NCBI GenBank assembly: GCA_937870635.1 | Contig: CALMZP010000083.1 | Location: 5,100 to 69,099, forward strand | Length of the DNA: 64,000 nucleotides | Origin: an uncultured Acidobacteriota bacterium | GTDB lineage: Bacteria; Acidobacteriota; Thermoanaerobaculia; Gp7-AA8 | Reading direction: 5' to 3' | Part shown: positions 56,510 to 64,000 of the stretch, piece after piece | How the letters are laid out: every line of letters begins with the position of its first letter | How positions within the stretch are numbered: position 1 is the first letter of the stretch | Translations under genes and position numbers: made by a program | Notes under the pieces: generated by a model | Seen by the model: only the letters and a program-made list of their open reading frames with translations | Told to the model about the DNA's origin: nothing | Database searches by the model: none

Positions 56510-56775
56510 GAAGGATGAAGGATGAAGGATGAAGGATGAAGGATGAAGGATGAAGTGGAAACGACGAGCCACGTCATCCTGAGCCGCGCAGACGGCGAAG
56601 GACCTCAGAGTACGTAACTTGAGGTCCTTCGCTGTCTGCGCAGCCCAGGATGACGTGGTGAACTTCCTTCATCCTTCGTCCTTCATCCTTCATCCTTCAT
56701 CCTTCATCCTTCATCCTTCATCCTTCATCCTTCATCCTTCATCCTTCATCCTTCGTCCTTCATCCTTCATCCTTC
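56510..56775. repeat. composite palindrome: GAAGGAT x8 / ATCCTTC x13 arms around a cacgtcatcctgagccgcgcagacggcgaaggacctcaga ... tgaggtccttcgctgtctgcgcagcccaggatgacgtg core
   Basis: Visible in sequence; the largest element in the window (about 265 bp). Confidence 0.8.
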
Positions 56776-59293
56776 ATCCTTTCTTGTGCACCTTGTTCTG
56801 CGCTACGAACGCTGCCAGCGCTTCGGCTTTCAGGGGGCGGCTGACGTAGTAGCCCTGCATTTCCGAGCAGCCGCGCGACGCCAGGAACTCCCACTGCTCG
56901 GCGGTCTCGATGCCTTCGGCCACGGTGCGCAGTTTCAGGCTCGCTGCCAGATGGAGGACCGCTTCGACAATCGGCGGATCGATGACGGCTTTCGTTGCGC
57001 CGGACACGAATGAACGGTCTATCTTGACCGTGCTGATCGGAAACCTCTTCAGGTACGTCAACGAGGACTGGCCGGTCCCGAAGTCGTCGAGGGCAATCCC
57101 GATCCCGCGGTCCCGCAGGCGCTGCAGCGTGGCGATCGTCCATTCCGATTTCTGCATCGCCATCGTCTCGGTGATCTCCAGTTCGAGTGATTCCGGAGGA
57201 AGACCGGTCTCTTCGAGCGCGCGGTCGATCATGCCGAGGAAGTCGCGCTGGTGGAACTGGCGGGCGGAGACGTTGACGCCTACACGCAGCGGGATCATCC
57301 CCATCTGATGCCACTCCCGGGTCTGTCGCGCCGCTTCGCGCAGAACCCATTCGCCGATCGGAACGATGAGTCCGGTGTATTCAGCGAGGGAGATGAAACC
57401 GGAGGGCTCGATCAGGCCGGCATCGGGATGATTCCAGCGCACGAGAGCTTCCACGGCCACGACCTGGCGCGTTTTCGAGTCGACCTGCGGCTGGTAGTAG
57501 ACGACGAACTCTTCGCGCTCGATGGCGTGCTTGAGGCTTTCTTCCATCGACATGCGGCCGAGCGCCTTGCGCGTGATCGCGCCGCTGCTGAAGAACTGGT
57601 ACGACGCGCCGCCACGCTCCTTGACGCGGTACATCGTTCCGTCGGCGTTCTCGAGCAGGGTTTCCGGATCTTCGCCGTCGGCGGGATACATGGCCACGCC
57701 GATACTCGTCGTGACGCGCACTTCATCCTCACCGATGACGAACGGCTGCTGAATCTGCTCGATCACCTTCGCCGCAACAGCCTCGGCATCCTCGGGCGTG
57801 TTGATGTCCGGAATGAGGATCGTGAATTCGTCGCCGCCGATGCGACCCAGTGTGTCTTCCTGACGCAGGCAGCCTCCGAGGCGCTCGGCAACCATCTGCA
57901 GGAGCTGGTCGCCGGCGGCATGTCCCAGGGTGTCGTTGACGACCTTCAGATCATCGAGATCGAGGAACATGACGGCCAGCGTCTGCTGCCGCCGCCGCGC
58001 GTGCGCGACCGCCACGGTCAGGCGGTCGAGGAACAGCATCCGGTTCGGCAGTCCGGTCAGGGCATCGTGATACGCCTGATACTCGACTTCCTGCTCCGTG
58101 CGCTTTCGATCGGTGATGTCGAGGACGATCCCTTCGATGACAGGGTTCTCGTCGTGTTCCGTGGTCGAAGCGGTGAGGGTTTCCAGCACCCAGATCACGT
58201 CGCCGTCGCGGCGGAGCAATCGCGCTTCGTGGTTGACCGCGGCGCCCTTCTCGAGGAGCTGATCCATGACCTGCTGCCGTTCGGCAGGGTCGAAGTACTG
58301 GATCGACCCGTTGTCGTCCATCAGCTCATCCGCCGATTCGTAGCCGAGCATCCGCGCGGCTGAGTCATTGCAGCTGATGATCCGTCCGTCGACGCTGGAG
58401 ATGTAGACCCCGGAGAGGTTGCGCTCGAAGAGCATCCGGTAGCGCCGCTCGGCGCGCCGCCGCTCCGTCATCTCCTCGCGGAGCTCACGCGTGCGCACTT
58501 CCACCCGTTCTTCGAGCGTCTTGTTCCATGAGGCCAGCTCGTCCTGGGCCTGTTCGAGCCGGCCGATCATCGTGTTGAATGCGCGCGCGAGCTGAGAGAC
58601 TTCGTCGCGGCCGGACACGTGGGCGCGCTCGCTGAGGTTCCCGCCGGCGATGCGCTTGGCGGTCTCGGCGATATGCCGCAACGGCCTGATGATCGCGCCG
58701 CTGATGGCGATGGCGAACAGCATCCCGATCGCGAAGATCCCGATTGCGACCGTCGTCACCGTGCGGCGGTTGGCGGCGACCTCCTGCTGCAGGCGATCCG
58801 TGGTGAGGCCGAGGTACATGACGCCGATGTTTCCGCCCTCGATGCGGAGCGGCACGCGCATCTGGTAGATCCGGCCATCCTGCGTCAGGCCGCCGCGAGG
58901 CCGTTCGCCAATGGCTTGATATCGCCGGCCCACGACCTCGCGGGGGATCATCGTGATCTGCCTGTAGTTCACCGCATCGGCGAGCTGGACGTTGTAGACG
59001 GCGAATGGTTGATCGCCGGTGCGCTCGAACACGACGATGTATGCGACATCGGGATTTTCCCGAAGGGCATTCAAAGCGCGATAGACGCCGCTGGAATCGC
59101 CCGTGGCCAGCGTGGGTGCGATGTTCAGCGCGGCCATCTGGGAGACCGCCCAGGCTTCGTCCGTCGTGATTCGCGCGGCCTGCTCGCGCAGGCGTGCCGG
59201 AAAGTAGATATAGATGAAGACCGAGATGAGGCCGATGAGTAGAGTGGTCGCCAGCGCGACCTTCGTCTGGATCGAGGAGCCGGGGATTCTCAT
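56774..59293 (-). CDS. sensor diguanylate cyclase/phosphodiesterase (periplasmic sensor, HAMP, PAS, GGDEF, EAL)
   Basis: TM-HAMP, PAS, GGDEF (RIGGDEF) and EAL (EALVRW, DDFGTG) motifs. Confidence 0.9.
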   Translation of the reverse strand: MRIPGSSIQTKVALATTLLIGLISVFIYIYFPARLREQAARITTDEAWAVSQMAALNIAPTLATGDSSGVYRALNALRENPDVAYIVVFERTGDQPFAVYNVQLADAVNYRQITMIPREVVGRRYQAIGERPRGGLTQDGRIYQMRVPLRIEGGNIGVMYLGLTTDRLQQEVAANRRTVTTVAIGIFAIGMLFAIAISGAIIRPLRHIAETAKRIAGGNLSERAHVSGRDEVSQLARAFNTMIGRLEQAQDELASWNKTLEERVEVRTRELREEMTERRRAERRYRMLFERNLSGVYISSVDGRIISCNDSAARMLGYESADELMDDNGSIQYFDPAERQQVMDQLLEKGAAVNHEARLLRRDGDVIWVLETLTASTTEHDENPVIEGIVLDITDRKRTEQEVEYQAYHDALTGLPNRMLFLDRLTVAVAHARRRQQTLAVMFLDLDDLKVVNDTLGHAAGDQLLQMVAERLGGCLRQEDTLGRIGGDEFTILIPDINTPEDAEAVAAKVIEQIQQPFVIGEDEVRVTTSIGVAMYPADGEDPETLLENADGTMYRVKERGGASYQFFSSGAITRKALGRMSMEESLKHAIEREEFVVYYQPQVDSKTRQVVAVEALVRWNHPDAGLIEPSGFISLAEYTGLIVPIGEWVLREAARQTREWHQMGMIPLRVGVNVSARQFHQRDFLGMIDRALEETGLPPESLELEITETMAMQKSEWTIATLQRLRDRGIGIALDDFGTGQSSLTYLKRFPISTVKIDRSFVSGATKAVIDPPIVEAVLHLAASLKLRTVAEGIETAEQWEFLASRGCSEMQGYYVSRPLKAEALAAFVAQNKVHKKG

Positions 59294-59328
59294 TGGTGAG
59301 AGGCCGATTCTACGCCCGGACGGAAGTG

Positions 59329-60984
59329 TCAGTCTTTCCGGAAGTGAGCGCCGCGCGACGTTGGGTTTCGGATGGCGGCGGAAGCAACGATCGCGGCCAT
59401 GCGCTGCCCGTGAAACAGCTCAACGATCGATTTGCTGATCGAGGCCTCGTGGTAGAACTTTTCGAGGCGATAGCCGAGCTGGCTCATGTCCGCCGCGGCC
59501 CGTTTGAGGCGCTCATAGGTTCGGACGATGCCAACGTAGTTCCACATCGTGTTCTGGATTGCAGTCCAGTCCTGGAGGATCAGGGCCGGGTCCTCGAGAT
59601 TGGCCGAGCCGGAGGGCTGCCAGTCGGGAATGGTTGCCACCGTCGACGGGGCGACGGCCCCGATTCCGGCAGGACGCGACGAGAGTGCGCGCCGTATGCC
59701 TGGCTCGGCCACGGGCGCCGCGCTCTGCAGCTTCTCGCGAATCGAATGAGCGGCGTAGTACCCCCAGGTCAGGCCCTCGAGAAGGGACGTCGAAGCGAGG
59801 CGATTCGCGCCGTGCAGCCCGGAGCACGAGGTTTCCCCGACAGAGAAGAGCCGGCTCAGGGTCGTTTCGCCCGCCGTGTTCACCAGCACGCCGCCGCAGA
59901 AGTAGTGCGCCGCGGGGACGACGGGAATGGGATCGCGCTCGATGTCGACGCCGATCTCCGCACAGGCCTTGCGGATGTTCGGGAAGCGATCAGCGATCGG
60001 CTCGTGTCCGTTGTAGAAATTCGCCAGGTCGAGATAGACGAACTCATCCTTGTTCGTCGTCATCTCCTCGACGATCGCGCGCGCGACCACGTCGCGAGGT
60101 GCGAGGTCCTTCAGCTCCGGCGCGTACTTCTCCATGAAGTACTCGCCCTTCTGGTTCCTGAGGCGCGCGCCTTCGCCACGCAGCGCTTCCGAGATCAGAA
60201 AGTGATTCGCCTTTTTGTCGGCAAGTGCGGTCGGGTGAAACTGCACGTACTCGGCGTTCATGATCCGCGCGCCCGCGCGATGCGCCATGACGATGCCGTC
60301 GCCGATGGCGTGACGCGTGTTCGTGCTGTGCAGGTAGATCTGGCCGATTCCGCCGGTGGCGAGGACCGTATAGTCGGCGAAGATCGTGTAGACCTCTTTG
60401 GTCTGGTTGTCGAGGATGTATGCACCGACACACTCGTTGGCCAGCCGGTAGCGGATCTGAATGTCACCCGGATGATGGTGCGTCGTCAGAAGGTCGATCG
60501 CCGTCACTTCCGTTGCCAGCGTGACGTTGGGCTCCTCCTTCACGCGATTGAGCAGCGAGACTTCGATCGCGCGGCCCGTGGCGTCGCCGGCGTGGATGAT
60601 CCTCGGCAGCGAGTGCGCGCCCTCCTGCGTCAGGTCGAGCTCTCCCTCTTCCGTCGTCGAGAAGGGGACGTCGATCTCATCGAGGAGCAGCTCCTTGACC
60701 ACCCGCGGCCCTTCCGAAGCGAGAAACCGGACGGCTTCTTCGTTCGAGATTCCGGCGCCGGCGCGCAGGATGTCCGCGATGAGCGAGTCGGGGCTGTCGC
60801 CTTCCCCCTCATAGATGATTCCGCCCTGCGCCCAGAAGGTGTTGCAATCGCGCGGGTCGGCCGCTTTCGTGACCAGGAGTACGCGAACGCCGGCGCTCGC
60901 GAGGACAAATGCCGTGGTCAGTCCAGCGATGCCGGTTCCGATCACGAGGACCGGGAAGTGCTCGCGGTTCTTGAGTCTGGTCAC
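59329..60984 (-). CDS. nadB: L-aspartate oxidase
   Basis: FAD-binding GTGIAGL, HYFCGG and the succinate-dehydrogenase-flavoprotein-like fold. GTG start at 60984 (VTRLKNREHFPVLVIGTG). The longer ORF continues through the repeat region. Confidence 0.85.
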   Translation of the reverse strand: MTRLKNREHFPVLVIGTGIAGLTTAFVLASAGVRVLLVTKAADPRDCNTFWAQGGIIYEGEGDSPDSLIADILRAGAGISNEEAVRFLASEGPRVVKELLLDEIDVPFSTTEEGELDLTQEGAHSLPRIIHAGDATGRAIEVSLLNRVKEEPNVTLATEVTAIDLLTTHHHPGDIQIRYRLANECVGAYILDNQTKEVYTIFADYTVLATGGIGQIYLHSTNTRHAIGDGIVMAHRAGARIMNAEYVQFHPTALADKKANHFLISEALRGEGARLRNQKGEYFMEKYAPELKDLAPRDVVARAIVEEMTTNKDEFVYLDLANFYNGHEPIADRFPNIRKACAEIGVDIERDPIPVVPAAHYFCGGVLVNTAGETTLSRLFSVGETSCSGLHGANRLASTSLLEGLTWGYYAAHSIREKLQSAAPVAEPGIRRALSSRPAGIGAVAPSTVATIPDWQPSGSANLEDPALILQDWTAIQNTMWNYVGIVRTYERLKRAAADMSQLGYRLEKFYHEASISKSIVELFHGQRMAAIVASAAIRNPTSRGAHFRKD

Positions 60985-61124
60985 CCGAGCGTATGGTAAT
61001 GGAGAAACTTTGGATCGGACCGGAATGACGTGGCGCGTCGGCTCGTGCGGCAAATTGCTGCCGCTCCACTGTCGTCCCGAGCGTAGGAACGGCGCGGGCG
61101 ACGTGCCTGAGACGGAGAAACGAG

Positions 61125-61327
61125 CCACGTCACCCTGAGGCGCGAACACGCCGAAGGGCCGCAGGATGCGTGACATGAGGTCCTTCGCCCGCGCTTCGCC
61201 GGCAGGATGACGTGAACAGCGAGCGCCGCGACCTTCAGGTTTCTTAGAAGCGTAGGCTGGGTGGCGCCAAACATCATGCCTCGTGCCGCCCATCCCCCAG
61301 GTCCCTCGCTCACGCTCGGATGACAGG
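61125..61327. repeat. two palindromic-element copies (cacgtcaccctgagg...caggatgacgtg, and a half copy of the 2809-2907 element)
   Basis: Visible in sequence upstream of nadB. Confidence 0.55.
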
Positions 61328-61340
61328 TTTCGAGACAGAA

Positions 61341-62462
61341 TCATTTCCCCAGGAACTTCCTCACCGCGGCGCCGCATAGCCTCGCATCTCCCCTGATATT
61401 GAACAGGGCCCCCGTTGAGTCGTAGTTGTGTCCCACGAAAAACAGCCCGGGCTGGTCGGCACTGCAGATCCGGTCTGTGCGGTGAGCAAAACCACGGTCG
61501 TCAGCCGTGACCATCGAGCCGAGAAATCCCAGAGCGGCGCGATAGCCCGTCGCCAGGATGATCTCGTCGAAACGTTCTTCCTTGCCATCGGCGAACAGCA
61601 CCCCGTCCCTGGTCACGCGCTCGATCCGTCCGCGCAGTCGCACCTGCCCCGCTCGAATGGCGTCGCTCAGGTGAAACCCGATCATCGGTATGGCGTCGAG
61701 GGGGCTGTGCGGCGCCCGCGGAATCACAGGCGGCCCCTTCAGGAGGTTCACGACTCGATTCATAGCGGCGGTGATCGCTTCCTGGCCCTTTCGGGGAAGC
61801 TTTCGCACCGCCCAGGAAACGTACTGGATGGGAACTCCGAAAAGTCGCAGCGGCACGACGTTCGCGCCGGAACGGATGGAGATCGCGGTGTCGACGCCGG
61901 CGCGTCCCAGCTCGCTGGCGATCTCGCCGGCCGAGTTCCCGGCGCCTACAACGAGGACGCCGCGCCCACGGCATTCCTCGGGAGTCCGGTACGTACAGCT
62001 GTGCCGGATCTTTCCTTGAAAATCTCCTTGTCCCGGGAGTTGCGGCGCGACCGGATTCGGCACGATTCCGGTCGCGATGACGACCGCGGCCGCTTGGAAC
62101 GTCCCTTCGCTCGAGTCGATCACCCAGCCGCCGTCCTCTCGCCGGACCGCCGTCACGTTCACGCCAGCGCGGACCGGGAGTCTGAAGTGGCCGGCATATC
62201 GGCGCAGGTACTCGACGAGCTCATTGCGGGGAAGGAAAAGCGGCGCGCTCCAGCCGAAGCCCATGCCGGGCAGGCCGGACATGTGCTTGCCCGTGTGGAG
62301 AACCAGCGAGTCGTAGGCGCGGGACCAGCTCTCGCCCGGCTGGCCGCGCTCGAGGACGATGTGACGGATCCCGAGCCGTGAGAGCTCACGGGATGTTGCC
62401 AGGCCCGCGGCGCCGGCACCGATCACGGCTGCGTCGAGCTCTCGGCCTTCAGTGTCCAGCAT
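61341..62462 (-). CDS. flavin-containing monooxygenase-like FAD/NAD(P)-binding oxidoreductase
   Basis: Two dinucleotide-binding motifs (AAVIGAGAAGLA and VLVVGAGNSAGE), and the FMO-like ATGY motif. Confidence 0.75.
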   Translation of the reverse strand: MLDTEGRELDAAVIGAGAAGLATSRELSRLGIRHIVLERGQPGESWSRAYDSLVLHTGKHMSGLPGMGFGWSAPLFLPRNELVEYLRRYAGHFRLPVRAGVNVTAVRREDGGWVIDSSEGTFQAAAVVIATGIVPNPVAPQLPGQGDFQGKIRHSCTYRTPEECRGRGVLVVGAGNSAGEIASELGRAGVDTAISIRSGANVVPLRLFGVPIQYVSWAVRKLPRKGQEAITAAMNRVVNLLKGPPVIPRAPHSPLDAIPMIGFHLSDAIRAGQVRLRGRIERVTRDGVLFADGKEERFDEIILATGYRAALGFLGSMVTADDRGFAHRTDRICSADQPGLFFVGHNYDSTGALFNIRGDARLCGAAVRKFLGK

Positions 62463-62493
62463 CAGCGGAGCGTGGGCGGACTCGCCCGCCGGA

Positions 62494-63318
62494 TTACACC
62501 GCGGGAGCAGCGAAGCCGGTGATCACGTACGTTCCCGACTTCACATCTTTCTTGATCTTGATGATGTTGTTGGTCTGCGCGTCCTCGAGGAGATCGCTGA
62601 AGGTGTTGTAGCCGTAGTACTCCTCGTTGAAGGTCGGCTTCTTCCGCTGCATCGTCTGCTTGACCATCGATCCCCAGAGGATTTCCTTGTTCTCGCGCAT
62701 CAGCGCCTTGATGGAATCGATCAGGAGCTTGAACACCTCGGCCTGCTTCTTGTCCTTGAAAGCGACCGCGGGCACCTTCGTGCTCCGGACGAGGTCCTCG
62801 TAGAAGATGAACTCGTCGCAGTTGTCGATGAGCAGGTCGCTCGACGAATTCTTCACGCCCACGCCGATGACGTACTTGTCGTTCTCCTTCAGCTTGGACA
62901 CCAGAGGGGAGAAGTCGGAGTCGCCCGAGGCAACGACGAAGACGTCGATGTGCTCCTTGGACCAGCACATGTCCATCGCGTCGACGGCCATGCGGATGTC
63001 GGCCGAGTTCTTTCCCGAGTAGGCTCTGCCGGGGATCTCGATCAGCTCGATGGCCGACTCGTGCAATTCCCGTTTGTAGTCGGGGAACTTGTCCCAGTCG
63101 CAGTAGGCGCGCTTGACGACGATCTTGCCCTTCTCGAGGAGGCGTTCCAGGAGAAGCTCGATTTCAAACTTCTTGTACTTTGCGTCTTTGACGCCGATGG
63201 CGATGTTCTCGAAGTCGATGAACAGCGCGATTTTGCTTTCACTCATAGTCCGGCTCGATGACGGCGCGGCGGGCATATCGTCTTCGGATTCGTTGTCGAA
63301 GCGGGGTTTGCGCGTCAT
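62494..63318 (-). CDS. NYN-domain (LabA-like) protein with C-terminal OST-HTH-like region
   Basis: IALFIDFENI...VVASGDSDFSPLV is the NYN nuclease-fold signature. The start is uncertain: 63318, 63246 or 63432. Confidence 0.65.
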   Translation of the reverse strand: MTRKPRFDNESEDDMPAAPSSSRTMSESKIALFIDFENIAIGVKDAKYKKFEIELLLERLLEKGKIVVKRAYCDWDKFPDYKRELHESAIELIEIPGRAYSGKNSADIRMAVDAMDMCWSKEHIDVFVVASGDSDFSPLVSKLKENDKYVIGVGVKNSSSDLLIDNCDEFIFYEDLVRSTKVPAVAFKDKKQAEVFKLLIDSIKALMRENKEILWGSMVKQTMQRKKPTFNEEYYGYNTFSDLLEDAQTNNIIKIKKDVKSGTYVITGFAAPAV

Positions 63319-63445
63319 GGCGTCGCGGCGCAGTCTAGCAAACCCGGCCGGGAGGCAGTTTTCGGTGACTACCGGGCTCGACCGTTCATAATCTGTCCGG
63401 TACCCCAGCCGGAGTTGGCTGTAGTGCTGCAACCGGACAGGGCCG

Positions 63446-64000
63446 ATGCCGTCGGACTTACCGCACCTTCACCTCGAACAACAGCTTCGGGACACCGAGG
63501 AACGCTACAGGCTTCCGTTCGAGAACGCGCACGTGGGGATGGCCATCGCCGACCCCGGCGGACGCTTCGTCCGCGTGAACGCGCGGTTCAGCGAGATCGT
63601 CGGCTGGTCGAAGGAGGAACTGCTCGCGAGGTCGGTCTCCGACATCAGTCGTCCTGCCGACGACGCCGTCGCTCTTGCGGCGCACGGCCGCCTCCGCGCC
63701 GGGCAATCGGACTTCGAGGCTTACGAGCGCCGCTACATCAGGAAAGATTCATCGACCGTCTGGGCGAACGTCACGCTGTCGGCCGTTCGTGATGCCGATC
63801 AGAAGCTCGCCTACGTAGTCGGCGTCATCGAGGACATCACCGATCTTCGCGCCTCGCAGCAGAAGCACAGTGAGCTGGCGCGGCTCGGTTCGATCGCGCT
63901 GAGTACAGCGAGCCTTGGCTCGTTGTTCACCAGCGCCGCCGAAGTCATCCGGGATACCTTCGATGCGGATGTCGCCAAGGTCGTCAAATGGACCGATGGC
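63446..64000 (+). CDS. PAS-domain sensor protein, partial (continues past window end)
   Basis: No stop before the window end, so it is not in the ORF track. Classical PAS pattern (PFENAHVGMAIADPGGRFVRVNARFSEIVGWSKEELL...RYIRKDSSTVWANVTLSAVRD...IEDITD). Confidence 0.6.
   Translation, partial: MPSDLPHLHLEQQLRDTEERYRLPFENAHVGMAIADPGGRFVRVNARFSEIVGWSKEELLARSVSDISRPADDAVALAAHGRLRAGQSDFEAYERRYIRKDSSTVWANVTLSAVRDADQKLAYVVGVIEDITDLRASQQKHSELARLGSIALSTASLGSLFTSAAEVIRDTFDADVAKVVKWTDG

Noticed and set aside
56510-56775. Possible CRISPR arrays at the tandem-repeat loci (TTTTGGA, GAAGGAT, GGTGCTT, CGTCACT, GGACCTTG)
   Set aside because: Units are 7-8 bp and directly abutting, with no unique spacers. Arms are inverted copies of each other. 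No cas genes are present. They are palindromic tandem-repeat elements, not CRISPR.
56619-56849. ORF encoding SSFILHPSSFILHP... and similar (VILSEAKDLRCT-type peptides at 49800-50342, 47059-47292, 34146-34412)
   Set aside because: Pure translations of the palindromic elements (ATCCTTC repeats; gtcatcctgagcgaagc core). Not proteins.
63415-63792. 125-aa Arg-rich + strand ORF after the NYN gene
   Set aside because: Wrong frame. The adjacent frame (from ATG 63446) gives a textbook PAS domain running off the window end.

Overview
High-GC (~65%) bacterial chromosomal segment. The gene content looks Acidobacteriota-like (a CarbopepD_reg-type TonB-dependent receptor, many TPR lipoproteins, abundant palindromic repeats), but this is only a guess from the sequence. 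I can support about 55 protein-coding genes and found no rRNA, tRNA or CRISPR array. Housekeeping genes include nrdR, lon, a tightly overlapping valS-birA-coaX-ggt-rpiA operon, tsaD, lexA, ruvB and nadB. There is an LPS-heptose module (split hldE-like kinase and adenylyltransferase, heptosyltransferase, DUF3108 protein). A type IV pilus block carries pilB-pilT-pilC plus a PilS-like kinase, with no pilR or pilA. A synthase-dependent exopolysaccharide locus (TPR/beta-barrel export protein, GT2 synthase, GH26-like hydrolase, CarbopepD-repeat secreted protein) lies convergent with a large PAS-GGDEF-EAL sensor. Two signalling islands stand out: (i) FHA / GGDEF / CsgG-like lipoprotein / single-domain response regulator, divergent from MCP-CheW; (ii) ECF sigma / ZAS-like anti-sigma / TPR-CHAT caspase-like protein next to an orphan secreted protein. 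There are tandem paralogous sulfatase-like TPR lipoproteins. A low-GC islet downstream of lexA-XRE carries two overlapping micro-ORFs, a strong terminator and two decayed IS transposase 3' ends. The most unusual feature is a dense family (at least 15 copies) of composite intergenic palindromes. Each has tandem 7-8-mer arms (TTTTGGA, GGACCTTG, GAAGGAT, GGTGCTT, CGTCACT) in inverted orientation, often nested around a conserved 'cacgtcatcctgagc...gaaggacc' hairpin core. Several are read through by ORFs, and one sits inside a 37-bp duplication of the pilC start. All calls are from reading the sequence and ORF track; no searches were run.
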